Below are positions 27,828 to 40,019 of a stretch of DNA of 64,000 bases, in pieces. The position numbers were made by a program, and so were the translations under genes. Numbering within the stretch: position 1 is the stretch's first letter; each line of letters opens with the position of its first letter. Source of the stretch: Candidatus Eiseniibacteriota bacterium. GTDB lineage: Bacteria; Eisenbacteria; RBG-16-71-46; JABDJR01. Below the pieces are notes generated by a model, which worked only from the letters and a program-made list of their open reading frames with translations, was not told the DNA's origin and did not search any database. Where the stretch lies: positions 1,472,001-1,536,000 of the forward strand of contig CAWANH010000028.1 of NCBI GenBank assembly GCA_963783375.1, written 5' to 3'.

Positions 27828-29402
27828 TCAGGGCAGCGCTTCCACCCGTTCCGCCGCCCGCAATCCGTCCGACGCGCTGGACATGATCCCCCCGGCGTAG
27901 CCCGCCCCTTCCCCCACCGGGTAGAGCCCGGCCAGGTTCACCGACTGGTAGCTCTCCGGATCGCGGAGGATGCGGACCGGGGCCGAGGTGCGGGTCTCCA
28001 TTCCGATCAGCACCCCCTCGGAGCCGTCGTAGCCCCTCACCAGCCTCCCGAAGTGGCGGATGCCCCGGCGCATGAGCGCCACCACGAAATCGGGGAAAAG
28101 GGGCGTCAGGTTGGTGGCGCGCACCCCCCGCCGGAACGAGGTTTGGATCTCGCCCTCGGAGGCGCGGTCGTCGAGGAAGTCGGGGATCCGCTGGGCCGGG
28201 GCCACGTGACCTCCGCCGCCGGCCTGGTAGGCCGCCCGCTCCAGCCGCTCCTGGAATTCCAACCCGGCCAGGGGGCCCTCGCCGCCGTAGTCCTCGGGCC
28301 GCACCGTCACCACCACCGCGGCGTTGGCGAACACGTCTCCGCGATGGCTGTAGGACATGCCGTTCACGGTGAGGCCCTCCGGATCGGTCCCCGCCGCCAC
28401 CACCTCGCCGCCGGGACACATGCAGAAGCTGTACGCGGAGCGGCCGCGCTTCCGGTCGTTGTAGGCCAGCATGTAGTCGGCGGGCTCGATGTCGGGGGTT
28501 TCCGTTCCGAGCTGGGCGCGGTTGATGAGCTTCTGGGGGTGCTCGGCCCGCGCCCCCACCGCGAAGGGGCGCGCCTCGAGCGCCACCCCGAGGCGGTGCA
28601 GCATGTGGTAGACGTCCCGCGAACTGTGGCCGGTGGCCAGGAACACCGCATCGGTCTCCACGCGCTCGCCGTTCACCACCGCGCCCCGCACCCGCCCTTC
28701 CTCCACGACGAGATCGTCGAGCCGGGACTCGAACCGGATCTCCACCCCCTCCGCATCCAGCCGCTGATGGAGGTTCAGGAGCGCCCGGCTCAGCCGGTTG
28801 GTGCCCAGGTGGGGCTTTCCCGCGGTGAGGATCTCCGGGGCCTCGGCCAGCTCGGACAGGGTCTTCAGGATGTGGGGGTTCCGGGGGTCGTTGCGCCGGG
28901 TGTAGAGCTTCCCGTCGGAGAAGGTACCCGCGCCGCCGTCCCCGAAGACCACGTTCGACTCGGGGTTCAGCTCCCCGCGGTGCCAGTAGGCGTTCACGTC
29001 CTGCCAGCGGGCCCGGACCGGCTTTCCCCGGTCGATGACCAGGGGCTTGTAGCCCATCTCGATCAGGGCCAGGGTGAGGAAGAGCCCCGAGGGGCCGGTG
29101 CCGACCACCAGGGGCTGGGAGCCCAGCCGCGCGCGCGGTCCGGCATAGACCACGTCCTTGAGCTCGGGAGCAGGGCCGATGTGGGCGTCGCCCTTCGCTC
29201 GCCGGAGCACCGCCTTGGGGTCGTCCACCTCGAGGTCCACGTTGTGGACCCGGACCGGACTGCGCCCCCGCGCGTCCACCGAGGTCTTGACGATTTCCAG
29301 GGAGCGGATCTCCTCCACCGGAAGGCCCAGCCGCTGGGCGACGACCCGCTTCAGATCGGCTCCCGGACGGCTCATGCGGAGGTTGGTGATGCGGATCTTC
29401 AT
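27828..29402 (-). CDS. NAD(P)/FAD-dependent oxidoreductase (uncharacterised conserved dehydrogenase)
   Basis: VGTGPSG, GAGTFSDGKL, FCMCPGG, ETRTSAPVRI and GEGAGYAGGIMSSA. Confidence 0.9.
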   Translation of the reverse strand: MKIRITNLRMSRPGADLKRVVAQRLGLPVEEIRSLEIVKTSVDARGRSPVRVHNVDLEVDDPKAVLRRAKGDAHIGPAPELKDVVYAGPRARLGSQPLVVGTGPSGLFLTLALIEMGYKPLVIDRGKPVRARWQDVNAYWHRGELNPESNVVFGDGGAGTFSDGKLYTRRNDPRNPHILKTLSELAEAPEILTAGKPHLGTNRLSRALLNLHQRLDAEGVEIRFESRLDDLVVEEGRVRGAVVNGERVETDAVFLATGHSSRDVYHMLHRLGVALEARPFAVGARAEHPQKLINRAQLGTETPDIEPADYMLAYNDRKRGRSAYSFCMCPGGEVVAAGTDPEGLTVNGMSYSHRGDVFANAAVVVTVRPEDYGGEGPLAGLEFQERLERAAYQAGGGGHVAPAQRIPDFLDDRASEGEIQTSFRRGVRATNLTPLFPDFVVALMRRGIRHFGRLVRGYDGSEGVLIGMETRTSAPVRILRDPESYQSVNLAGLYPVGEGAGYAGGIMSSASDGLRAAERVEALP

Positions 29403-29591
29403 GGGCTCCTCGGCCGGCTCCCATGCCGGAAAGGTTCGGGGACTTACGAGGCTCCCGGCGGCGGCGCCCGGGGGGATGCACGGGAGAGGAGTGTAGCGCA
29501 CCCGGGAGGCGGCCCGGGGCCGCCTTGGCAGAAACGGGAGCCCGGCTTAGGATTGCCGCGCCCGGCATCCGCCGCCATGGAGGAGGAATTC

Positions 29592-30539
29592 GTGATCCCG
29601 CCCCGTCCCCGAAGCCCCGTCGCCGTCCCGCGCCGTCCATATCCCCGGCCTCGGGGGGGAAATCCGGTTCGAGGCCTGGGGGGGGGCCTCCTGGTTCTGG
29701 CGCTCGCCGGGGCGCTGGGCTCCTGCTCCTCCCCCCCCAAACGGACGGAGCCGGTGATCGCGGCCAGCATGCCCCCCCTGGCGGCCATGGTGCGGATGGT
29801 GGCCGGGGACCGGCTCCCGGTGGTTTCGCTGCTTCCCCCGGGCCGGAGCCCCCACGACTTCGAGCCCACCCCCTCCGAGGTGGACCGCATCCGGCGCGCC
29901 GTTCTCTTCGTGGACACCGGGGGCGACGCCGACCGCTGGATGCGGCGCTCCGCCCGGGCCGTGGTCGGCGACTCGGCGCGGGAGCTGGCCATGACGGCGG
30001 TGTCGCCCGATCCCGGCTACGATCCCCACCTCTGGCTGAACCTGGAGGTGGTGGAGCGGTTCATCCCGATGCTGGCCGAGAGCCTGGCCGCGGTGGATCC
30101 GGGCGGCACCGCGGGCTACCGGGCCCGGGGGACGGCGGCCCTGGACAGCCTTCGCGCCTTCGACGCCTGGGCGCGACAGGCCCTGGCTCCGGTGAAGGAC
30201 GTTCCGTTCGCCCTCCTCCACCCGGCGTTCCAGGACTTCGTCCGCCGCTACGATCTGGACCTGGTGTCGATCCTCCAGATCCAGCCGGAGGGGGAATTGC
30301 TTCCCCGAAGCCTGGGCAACGTCGTCGATATCCTGACCCGGAGCGGGGCCAAGGTCATCTTCGCCGAGCCCCAGCTCAGCGCGCGCGGGGCCGAGGCGGT
30401 GGCTCACGAGACCGGGGCGCGGGTCGAGATGCTCGATCCCCTCGGTGGACCGGATCTCCCCGGACGCGAGACCTACCTCGAACTCCTGCGCTGGAACGCG
30501 CGGTCCCTGGCGGAGCAGCTCGGTGCCGCGAAACCCTGA
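29592..30539 (+). CDS. Metal (Zn/Mn) ABC transporter substrate-binding lipoprotein, ZnuA-like
   Basis: Lipobox LGSC, SPHDFEP, DPHLWL, HPAF and IFAEPQ. Upstream TTGGCA-17-TAGGAT (29525-29553). Confidence 0.88.
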   Translation: MIPPRPRSPVAVPRRPYPRPRGGNPVRGLGGGLLVLALAGALGSCSSPPKRTEPVIAASMPPLAAMVRMVAGDRLPVVSLLPPGRSPHDFEPTPSEVDRIRRAVLFVDTGGDADRWMRRSARAVVGDSARELAMTAVSPDPGYDPHLWLNLEVVERFIPMLAESLAAVDPGGTAGYRARGTAALDSLRAFDAWARQALAPVKDVPFALLHPAFQDFVRRYDLDLVSILQIQPEGELLPRSLGNVVDILTRSGAKVIFAEPQLSARGAEAVAHETGARVEMLDPLGGPDLPGRETYLELLRWNARSLAEQLGAAKP

Positions 30540-30546
30540 CCCCCCG

Positions 30547-31278
30547 GTGATCGAGGTCGCGGGGGTATCCCTGCGCCGCGACGGCCGGCAGGTCCTCCGG
30601 GACATCACCTTCTCGATCGGCGCCCAGGAGCTGGTGGGGCTCATCGGGCCGAACGGAGGGGGCAAGACCACCCTGCTCCAGGTCATCCTCGGCGTGCTGA
30701 AGCCCGACCGGGGTTCGGTGCGGATCTTCGGACGCGACCCCCGGCGTCTCGACGGCCATCGCGGGGACGTCGGCTACGTGGCCCAGGCGAAGCACTTCGA
30801 GCGCGAGTTCCCGGCCCGGGCCAAGGACGTGGTGCTGATGGGCACCTTCCCCCAGGTCGGCTTCTTCCGGCTCCCGCGGGCCGCCGACCGGACCCGGGCC
30901 ATGGAGGCCCTGGGGCAGGTCGGGATGAACGACCGGGCCAACCGGCCCATCGGCCGCCTCTCGGGAGGCGAGCAGCAGCGGGTGTTCATCGCCCAGGCCC
31001 TGGTCTCCCGGCCGAAGCTGCTCATCCTGGACGAGCCCACGGTGGGGGTGGACCGCGAGGGGGAAGAGGCGCTGCTCCACCTCCTCCGCCGGCTGAAGCG
31101 CGAATCCGCGCTCACCATCCTCATGGTCAGCCACAACGTGAGCCTCATCCGTTCCCACACCGACCGCATCCTGTGCCTCAACCGCGAGCTCTGCTTCACC
31201 GGGGACGCCGCCGGGCTCACCGACCAGGTTATCGCCCAGGCCTACCACGCCCACCGGCCGGAGGATTGGGATGATTGA
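30547..31278 (+). CDS. Metal ABC transporter ATP-binding protein, ZnuC-like
   Basis: GPNGGGKTT, LSGGEQQR, LDEPT and VSHN. Confidence 0.9.
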   Translation: MIEVAGVSLRRDGRQVLRDITFSIGAQELVGLIGPNGGGKTTLLQVILGVLKPDRGSVRIFGRDPRRLDGHRGDVGYVAQAKHFEREFPARAKDVVLMGTFPQVGFFRLPRAADRTRAMEALGQVGMNDRANRPIGRLSGGEQQRVFIAQALVSRPKLLILDEPTVGVDREGEEALLHLLRRLKRESALTILMVSHNVSLIRSHTDRILCLNRELCFTGDAAGLTDQVIAQAYHAHRPEDWDD

Positions 31279-32089
31279 CCGCCTGGGGGACATGCTCGCG
31301 CTCGGTTTCATGCAGCGGGCCTTCGTGGGAGGGGCCCTGATCGGGGCCACCTGCGCCTTCCTCTCGGTGTTCGTGGTGCTCCGGCGGATGGCCTTCGTGA
31401 GCCAGGGGGTGAGCCACGCCTCCTTCGGCGGGGTGGCCCTGGCCGTGCTCCTGGGGGTGAGCCCCACCGCGGGGGCCGCGGTGTTCGCGGTGGGCACCGC
31501 CCTGGCCATCGGCGCGGTGAGTCGCCGCCGCCGGGTGGCCGAGGACAGCTCCATCGGGATCTTCCTCGCCGTGGCCATGGCCCTGGGGGTGATCTTCCTG
31601 GGGCTGAAGAAGGGGAGCACCTCGAACCTCTTCGGCTACCTCTTCGGAAACATCCTGGCCATCCTGCCCTCGGACCTCCCCTGGATGCTGGGGATGACCG
31701 GCGCGGTCTTCGTGGTGCTCCTCCTCTTCGTGAAGGAGCTCTACTTCTACGTCTTCGACGAGGACATGGCCCGGGTGGCCGGGATCCCGGTGGACCTCCT
31801 CTACTTCGGGCTCTTGACCGTGCTGGCGGTGACCATCGTGGCCAGCATCAAGCTGGTGGGGGTGATCCTGGTGACCGCGCTCCTGATCATTCCCGGCACC
31901 GCGGCCCGGCTGGTGACCACCAACATCGTGGCCCTGATCGGGATCTCCATCGGGTTCGGCGTGTTCGGCGTATTGGCCGGCCTCACCGGCGCCTACCTCC
32001 TGGACCTGAGCCCGGGGGCGAGCATCGTGCTGGTGCTGTTCGGGGTGTTCCTGGCCTGCCTGCTCCTCTCCGCGCGCCGCGGCCGCTGA
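31271..32089 (+). CDS. Metal ABC transporter permease, ZnuB-like
   Basis: FMQRAF, VVLRRMAF, SHASFGGVA, YLFGNIL and multiple TM helices. Confidence 0.92.
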   Translation: MIDRLGDMLALGFMQRAFVGGALIGATCAFLSVFVVLRRMAFVSQGVSHASFGGVALAVLLGVSPTAGAAVFAVGTALAIGAVSRRRRVAEDSSIGIFLAVAMALGVIFLGLKKGSTSNLFGYLFGNILAILPSDLPWMLGMTGAVFVVLLLFVKELYFYVFDEDMARVAGIPVDLLYFGLLTVLAVTIVASIKLVGVILVTALLIIPGTAARLVTTNIVALIGISIGFGVFGVLAGLTGAYLLDLSPGASIVLVLFGVFLACLLLSARRGR

Positions 32090-32145
32090 CCCGAGGCTCC
32101 CCCGGAGCGCGTGCCCCTCCCGTTCTGTTCCAGTACACTCCTCTC

Positions 32146-33414
32146 ATGCCCGCCGGTGAACCCACGCCATTTCCGCAGGACGCCTTCGCCGAAGCCGCCC
32201 GGATCTACGCCCGAGGTCACAACCTCGCGGCCCTGGCCGCCCGGTGCGGGACCGGCAAGCCCGGCTTCAGCCTGGGGCGGCTCCCCCTGGACGAGGTCGT
32301 CACCCTCTTCGCCGAGCAGGTGTCCAAGGTCCCGGAGGCCCGCCGCCGGGCGCTGAAGGAGCTATCGCGGGGGCTCGGAGGGGACCTCGAGGGGCTGGCG
32401 GAGGTCACGCCGGCCGCGCTCCGTCGGAAGATCCGCGCCCTCCCCGACCTCGCCCCCCCGGAGCGGGCGCGCTGGCTGGTGTTGCTCCTGTCCGACCCCC
32501 GACCCGAAATCTGGAAGCTCGCCCGCCTGCTCGAACCGAAGTCGCGCGCGGTCGGCAAGGAAACCCCGACCGTGAAGCTTCGCCGCGAACGCGACGAGGC
32601 CCGCGCCGCGATCGAATCCGTGGAGCGGGACCGGGAGGCCCTGGCCCGGGAGCGGGACGAGGCCCGGGAGGGACTCGAACGAACCCTGGCCCGGGCGGCG
32701 CGCCTGGACGGGGAGGTGACCCGGCTTCGCCGGAAGGTGAGCCGGGAGGTGGAGCTCCGGAAGCTGGCCGAAACACGGGAGGAAGCCGCCGAGGAGACCG
32801 CGCGGCTTCGCGCCGAGGACGCCTCGCTCCGGAAGGCGGAGGTGCTGGACCTCCGCCGGCGGCTCCAGGTCCGCGACGCCCCCGGCGCCGCCCGCCAGCG
32901 GCGGGATCTCCTGGAGAAGAAGTCGGAACTGGAGGAGAAGTACGAGGCGTTGAGCCGCAACTACTCCGTGCTCAAGGTGGCGCTTCGGGCGCTCAAGACC
33001 CGGATCGGGGATTCGTGGGAGGCGCGGAAGATCCGGGAGAAGGACCTCCGCCCCCGCGACCCCGGCGAGGCGCTCGCGGTCACCGAGCCCGCCGAGAAGG
33101 ATCCCCGCCCGGTGGGGGAGAAGGTCCGCATCCCCGCCGATCCCCACCACTGGCCCGGCGGGCGGGAGCGTTTCGAGCGCTTTCTCGGTCGGCTGGCCCG
33201 CTCCCCCTACGTGACCCGGGTCGTGCCCCAGAGCTTCCAGCACGCCACCCATCACGGGCTGGCCTTCGTCTCCGACGAGGGAGATGTGGTGGCGCGGGTC
33301 TCCGAGGGCGATCACGCCGCCCGCATCCTCATCCTCACCACCGCCGTCCACCGCGGGGAGGGGGAGTTCGTGCGCCGGGCGCTGGAGACGGTGTTCCGGG
33401 AACACGATCTGTAG
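32146..33414 (+). CDS. Hypothetical protein with a long coiled coil and a small C-terminal alpha/beta domain
   Basis: Long GC3-biased ORF with E/R-rich heptads. TACACT -10 box six nt before the ATG. Confidence 0.7.
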   Translation: MPAGEPTPFPQDAFAEAARIYARGHNLAALAARCGTGKPGFSLGRLPLDEVVTLFAEQVSKVPEARRRALKELSRGLGGDLEGLAEVTPAALRRKIRALPDLAPPERARWLVLLLSDPRPEIWKLARLLEPKSRAVGKETPTVKLRRERDEARAAIESVERDREALARERDEAREGLERTLARAARLDGEVTRLRRKVSREVELRKLAETREEAAEETARLRAEDASLRKAEVLDLRRRLQVRDAPGAARQRRDLLEKKSELEEKYEALSRNYSVLKVALRALKTRIGDSWEARKIREKDLRPRDPGEALAVTEPAEKDPRPVGEKVRIPADPHHWPGGRERFERFLGRLARSPYVTRVVPQSFQHATHHGLAFVSDEGDVVARVSEGDHAARILILTTAVHRGEGEFVRRALETVFREHDL

Positions 33415-33711
33415 ACGGCTATCCCCAATGCACTTAGGGGCTTCACGGCTCCATCCGGCGGGCGGCCGCCCGCCTCCCCCGAGGCCTCGCGATGGGTTTC
33501 CGTCCGGACCGGTCCGGCGCGGCGGTTTTTCTTCTACGCCCGTCGGACTAAGCCCGGCATATCGCCGGTATCTAGCTAATGGATCGTGCGGGAGAGGTCC
33601 CGCACCCCCATCCGGATCGTGATCCGGATCGGCGTTCGGGACCGGGCGGGGAATCAACGCGTGACGACCCGTTCCGCGCGAATCGGTTGTTTTTGTGGAG
33701 GTACGACTTCA

Positions 33712-35193
<1,482 letters not shown>

Positions 35194-35265
35194 TCCCGGG
35201 GAACCGACCGACAGGAACGGACACGCGCGACCGCATCCCCCTCAGGGTTGGCCGAGCGAAAGGAG

Positions 35266-35296
35266 AACGGGGCTCCCGAAGGGGAGCCCCGGTTTC
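35266..35296 (+). terminator. Intrinsic terminator-like hairpin
   Basis: GGGGCTCCC-GAAG-GGGAGCCCC followed by GGTTT. Confidence 0.6.
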
Positions 35297-35309
35297 CTAT
35301 ACTCTCCGG

Positions 35310-36496
35310 ATGATCTCCTTCCGACCGGTGTTCGCCCCCCGGGCCGCCGGCTTCGTTCTGGCCCTTCTTGCGGTGGGGTGTGCCGCGGCCCCCGCGGGGG
35401 GCCCCGGGAACGGCGCCCCTCCCTGGCCCTATCCGGGAGTGGCTTTTCCCGACCGCCCCCCCGCCGATCTCCAGGGGCAGGCCCTCTTTCGCGGCGGATG
35501 GATCGCCTCCGATCCCGCGGGCGACGCGGCCTACACCGAAGCCGAGAACCCGCGCTACCTGGTGCGGGTGCCCTTCGGGAACGGCCACCGGCTTTCGTTC
35601 CTGGATCTCGGCGCGGGTGCCCTGGTGGAGAACCTCGCCTTCACCGGAGACGGGGGGAACCTCTTTCTGGTGGCCGCCCTGGGCTCTCCCCATCAGGGTC
35701 GCGCGGTGGTGACCCGGGCGCTCCTCCAGGTGGATCTCAGGAACCGGCTTCTCCTGAACAGCTTTCCTCTCGACCGGGATGCGATCACTCGCGGATTCGC
35801 GATCGATTCCTACACCCAGCGCGGATTCCTGCTCGAGGATTCCGGAGACGGGAGCGGGGTGGTCCGCATCGTGGACCTCTACCAGGGCCGGAGCCTGGGC
35901 CGGGCCGGGGTGGGGGAGATTCCGGCCGCGGTGGATCGGAAGGGGATCTCGGTGGACGAGAACGTCCGGCACGTCTTCGTCCTCACCGGGGGGGAGAGCG
36001 CGCGGGGTGACTTCCAACCCGTGGGGGGGACAGCCTCTCCGAGCCCGCTCTGGTCGTCCTGGACGCGGAGAGCCTCCGGGTTGAGGCCCGGGTCCCCACC
36101 GATCCCCGGTTCGATCTTCGCGCCGTGCACTACGACACCGATCGGGACCGGGTGTACGTGCTCATGTCGAACCGCAAGCAGAGCCGGCTCCTGATCGTGG
36201 ACGGCGCCTACTTCGACATCCGGAACCGGGTGGACCTCCCCGAGACGGTCACCGATCTCGTGGTGAGAGGGGGGTACGCGTTCATGCCCGGAGCCCACGG
36301 CATCTACATCGTGGACCTGGGCGCCGAGACCTGGATAAGCCGCCCCAACCTCTACTTCGAGTTCCCCGGGGAGATGGCGGTCTCCGCCGACCTCTCCACC
36401 GCCCTCGTCCTCTTTCAATCCGCCTCCACCGGGGTCGTCCCCGGGCTGGCCGCGGTCGACCTCCACACCGGAACCCTTCTCGAGGTGCTTCAATGA
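35310..36496 (+). CDS. Putative lipoprotein with a YncE-like beta-propeller, split by a frameshift in the G7 run at 36023-36029
   Basis: Lipobox LAVGC and propeller-like blades. The second frame resumes GDSLSEPALVVLDAESL. Confidence 0.65.
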
Positions 36497-37494
36497 GCGA
36501 ATCGCAGCTGCAGAACCTGAATCAACTCGAGGACGCGTTGGAGCGCGGGGGGATCGACATCGCCCTTCACCGGCCCCTCCTGGAGTCGGTGCGCCGATTC
36601 CTGCGCCGGTACGCGGAGCTCGAGACGCGCCTGCTCGATCACGTGTGGGTCTCGGTGCCCACCCATCTGCTCGACCTCCGTCTCTCCGAGGACCCTGCGG
36701 AAGCCGGCGAGGAACTGGCCCGGCGGGAGCGCGCGCGGCTGGGGCTCGAAGGGCGGGAAACCGGCGACGTGATGGACCTTCTGGATCACGAGGGGCTCAA
36801 GGTCTACCGGCCCGTCTTCCCCGAAGGATCCCCCCTCGAGGGCATCTTTCTCTTCGACCAGGAGGTGGGCCCGGCGTTGGTGGTAAACGGGGGGCTTCCC
36901 CCCCTCGACGTGGACTACGTGCTCGCCCGGCTCTACGCCCACTACCTGGTGGACAACGATCCCTACCGGATCCGGCTCGCGGTTCGCGGGGCGGGGGAAG
37001 CCGCCTCGCCCGAGAACCTGCGGGCCCAGGCCTTCGCCGCCGCCTTCCTGGTGAGTCCGGAGGCCATGGGCACCTACCTGAAGGCGCTGGGCTGGCGTCC
37101 CGGGACGGCCATCGACCGGGAGGCGGCGATGCAGCTCGCGGTCTACTTCGAGGTCGGCTACAGGACACTCATGGCGCGGCTGCTCACGTTGCGCCTCGTC
37201 CAGCCCGCGGAAGTGGCCCCGCTCCTCGAATCCCTGGCGGGGAGCGAGGTGAGCCCGGCCTCCGGGCGCCGGGTCACCGCCACGGGAGAGCGGTACGTGC
37301 GGCTCGCCCTGGAGGCCCACGCCCGGAAGATGATCGACGATAAGACCCTGGCCGAGACCCTGGAGAGCGATGCGGCCTCGGCTCGGGAACTGGCCGCCCG
37401 ATTCGCCCTCGAACCCCCTTTCCCCGAAGACGAGGATGGGGAGCCGGGAGACCGGAAGGGCGCGAAGAGACGTCCGGGCAAACCGGGAAACTGA
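36493..37494 (+). CDS. ImmA/IrrE-family metallopeptidase-like protein with a degenerate HExxH
   Basis: LARRERARLGL...GLKVY...EGIF...ALVVN...AQAFAAAFLV...LAVYFEV. RLYAH occupies the HExxH position. Confidence 0.7.
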   Translation: MSESQLQNLNQLEDALERGGIDIALHRPLLESVRRFLRRYAELETRLLDHVWVSVPTHLLDLRLSEDPAEAGEELARRERARLGLEGRETGDVMDLLDHEGLKVYRPVFPEGSPLEGIFLFDQEVGPALVVNGGLPPLDVDYVLARLYAHYLVDNDPYRIRLAVRGAGEAASPENLRAQAFAAAFLVSPEAMGTYLKALGWRPGTAIDREAAMQLAVYFEVGYRTLMARLLTLRLVQPAEVAPLLESLAGSEVSPASGRRVTATGERYVRLALEAHARKMIDDKTLAETLESDAASARELAARFALEPPFPEDEDGEPGDRKGAKRRPGKPGN

Positions 37495-37508
37495 GAGGGA
37501 TCGAGGAC

Positions 37509-38159
37509 ATGAAGGAACGACACGATTCCCCGGAGCCGGGGCTTCGCCCCACCGGCAAGATCCTGGCGGTGGGAAGGAACTACGCCGACCACGCCCGGGA
37601 GATGAAGGCGCCGGCCGAGCCGGTGATCTTCATGAAGCCTTCCACCGCCCTCCGCTTCCCCGGGCAGGAGGTGGCGCTTCCCCGGGACCGGGGCTCGATT
37701 CACCACGAGTTGGAGCTGGTGACGCTCCTGGGAAGGGGCGGGACGGGGGTCGATCCGGCCCGGGCCTCGGGCCTGGTTTCGGCGTACGGACTCGGTTTGG
37801 ATCTCACGCTGCGGGACGTCCAGGACCGGGCGAAGGCCCGGGGCGGCCCCTGGACCCTGGCCAAGGGGTTCGACGGCTCGCTTCCCCTGAGTCCCCTGAT
37901 TCCCGTCGACCGGATCGGCGACCCCGCCGCCCTCGCCTTTCATCTGGAGGTGAACGGCGAAGTGCGCCAGCGCGGGAGAGCCGCGGACATGCTGCTTTCG
38001 GTGGGCGAGCTCCTGGCCTACATCTCCGGGTGGATCACCCTCGAACCCGGCGACCTGGTCCTGACCGGCACCCCGGCCGGGGTGGGACCGCTCTCGCCGG
38101 GCGACGAGGCGCGCATGGTGCTCGAAGGCCACATGGAGACCCGCGTACGCTTCGTCTGA
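37509..38159 (+). CDS. Fumarylacetoacetate hydrolase family protein
   Basis: GRNYADH, FMKP, HHELEL, DLTLRD, AKGFD and LTGTPAGVG. Confidence 0.93.
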   Translation: MKERHDSPEPGLRPTGKILAVGRNYADHAREMKAPAEPVIFMKPSTALRFPGQEVALPRDRGSIHHELELVTLLGRGGTGVDPARASGLVSAYGLGLDLTLRDVQDRAKARGGPWTLAKGFDGSLPLSPLIPVDRIGDPAALAFHLEVNGEVRQRGRAADMLLSVGELLAYISGWITLEPGDLVLTGTPAGVGPLSPGDEARMVLEGHMETRVRFV

Positions 38160-38386
38160 GCCGGGCCCTCCGGGTGTGCGCCCCGACCGGCGCGACGCCG
38201 TCCGGGCGGCGCGCACTTGATCCGCGATCAGGCGGGCGCTAGACTGCGTCTCGACTCGAAGCGGCTTCCGGCGGCTTCCGCCGCCGGCTCCGCGGGCCTT
38301 CCTCCCCCGGCCCGGTCCGGACGGCGGCCCCGATCCTCTCCCAACATCCTCGTTCACGATGGGCGGGCGATCATGGATGGCAACCC

Positions 38387-39712
38387 GTGAAAATCTGGAA
38401 GATGCTGTTCGGCGGCGGCGGCGCGGAGAAGCTCGAGGACAAGGGGGACGAACTCCGGTTGGACTTCGAGTATCGCGAGGCCGCCTTCAAGTACGGGCAG
38501 GCCATCGACGCCCTGGATGCCGAGGACGTCGAGGCGGGGGAGCGCATCCGGCGGAAACTCCGCGAGGTCCGCCGCCAGGCCTTCGAGCAGCTCCTGGATG
38601 AAGCGGAGGAGCTGGTTCAGAGCGACGCCCTGGATCTGGCCCACGAGAAGCTCGAGATCGCGGCCAACTTCGCCGACGAGGAGTCCGCCCGGGCGGAAGT
38701 GGACCGCCGGCTCGAGGCCCTGGCCGAGCTGGCCCCCCCTCCCGCGATGGCGGTGGAGGAGGACGCGCCGGAATCGGTGACCGGGACCGAAGGGGATCTC
38801 TTCGAGCTGGCCATGGCCGGTTTCGAACCGGCCGAGCGGGAACGGGCCCGGGCCCTGGGCGACCCGTTCCGCGAGGCCTACGAGGCCTGCCAGAGCGAGG
38901 AGTGGGAGAAGGGGCTGGCCCTCTACGAGAAGCTCCTCGAGTCCCACCCCGAGGAATCCCTGGTCCTGGAGCTGGCCGCCCTGGCCGCGGAGAACCTAGA
39001 TCGGGACGAGGCCGCGCTCGATCTCTACGTGCGCTCGCGGAAGGCGGAAGGCATGCGCCCGGCCACGGTGCTGGGGTTGGCCTCGCTCTACCGGAAGCTC
39101 GGTCGGCCGGCCGAGGCCCAGAACGTCCTCTCCGAGGCCGCTGCGTCCCGGGAGGTGGCTTCCGATCTTCCCCCGGCGTGGGTCGACATTCACCAGGAGC
39201 ACGCGCTGGCCTTGAGCGACGGCGGTCATCAGGAGGAGGCCGCCGCGGTACTCCTGAAGCTTCTGGACACCACGAGCGGTGACCGCGCCTCGATCCTGCA
39301 CAACCTGGGTGGAGTGTTCGAAAAGGCGGGCCGGGAACAGGACGCGCGCACCGCGCTCGAGGGGGCGATGGAGGCCTCGCCCCGGCATCCCCTCTATCGC
39401 GAGCGATTTGCGGATTTCCTGACCCGGCGCGGGGAGGAACTCGACCGGGCCATGCGGCTTCTCATCGAGGCCAACTCGATCGAGACCACCGCCGCGGCCG
39501 GCATGCTCGGCGGGGGAGGGGGCAAGGTGACGATGAGTCCCAACCGGCCGCGCTACCTCTACAAGATCGCCCGGATCTATTTCCTGAAGGGCGAGGACCT
39601 CGAAGCGGAAAAGACCATCACCACTGCGCTCCACATCTCCAAGGATCCCGAGGTCACCAAGGCCCTGGAAGACCTCCGCCGCGAACTCAAAGAAGTGCGG
39701 CAGGCGAACTGA
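38387..39712 (+). CDS. Tetratricopeptide repeat protein
   Basis: Repeated TPR-like helices, e.g. ILHNLGGVFEKAGREQDARTALEGAM and YLYKIARIYFLKGEDLEAE. Confidence 0.8.
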   Translation: MKIWKMLFGGGGAEKLEDKGDELRLDFEYREAAFKYGQAIDALDAEDVEAGERIRRKLREVRRQAFEQLLDEAEELVQSDALDLAHEKLEIAANFADEESARAEVDRRLEALAELAPPPAMAVEEDAPESVTGTEGDLFELAMAGFEPAERERARALGDPFREAYEACQSEEWEKGLALYEKLLESHPEESLVLELAALAAENLDRDEAALDLYVRSRKAEGMRPATVLGLASLYRKLGRPAEAQNVLSEAAASREVASDLPPAWVDIHQEHALALSDGGHQEEAAAVLLKLLDTTSGDRASILHNLGGVFEKAGREQDARTALEGAMEASPRHPLYRERFADFLTRRGEELDRAMRLLIEANSIETTAAAGMLGGGGGKVTMSPNRPRYLYKIARIYFLKGEDLEAEKTITTALHISKDPEVTKALEDLRRELKEVRQAN

Positions 39713-40019
39713 GGCCGGAAGGCCTCCGGTTCGCCCGGTCCCCCGCCCCCGGGCGGCCTCGGAGGCCCGGTGCGGCGCGCCCGGCCAAAAGCTCATAACC
39801 TGCTGTATTGTAAAGAATTACGACCATCCTATCCCGAACCCCGCCTTCACCCCGGGGGCCGCGGAACCCGTTTCGAGGGCCCGTATCACCGCGAGGATAA
39901 ATAACCTCGCCGGTCAACCGATGATTAGGGAGGGAACTGGAGGCCCCGGACGTCCGCGTCCCGGGCCGCGGGGAGACTATCCCCTTGAACCGCAACAACT
40001 CATCTTCGTGAGGGGAACC

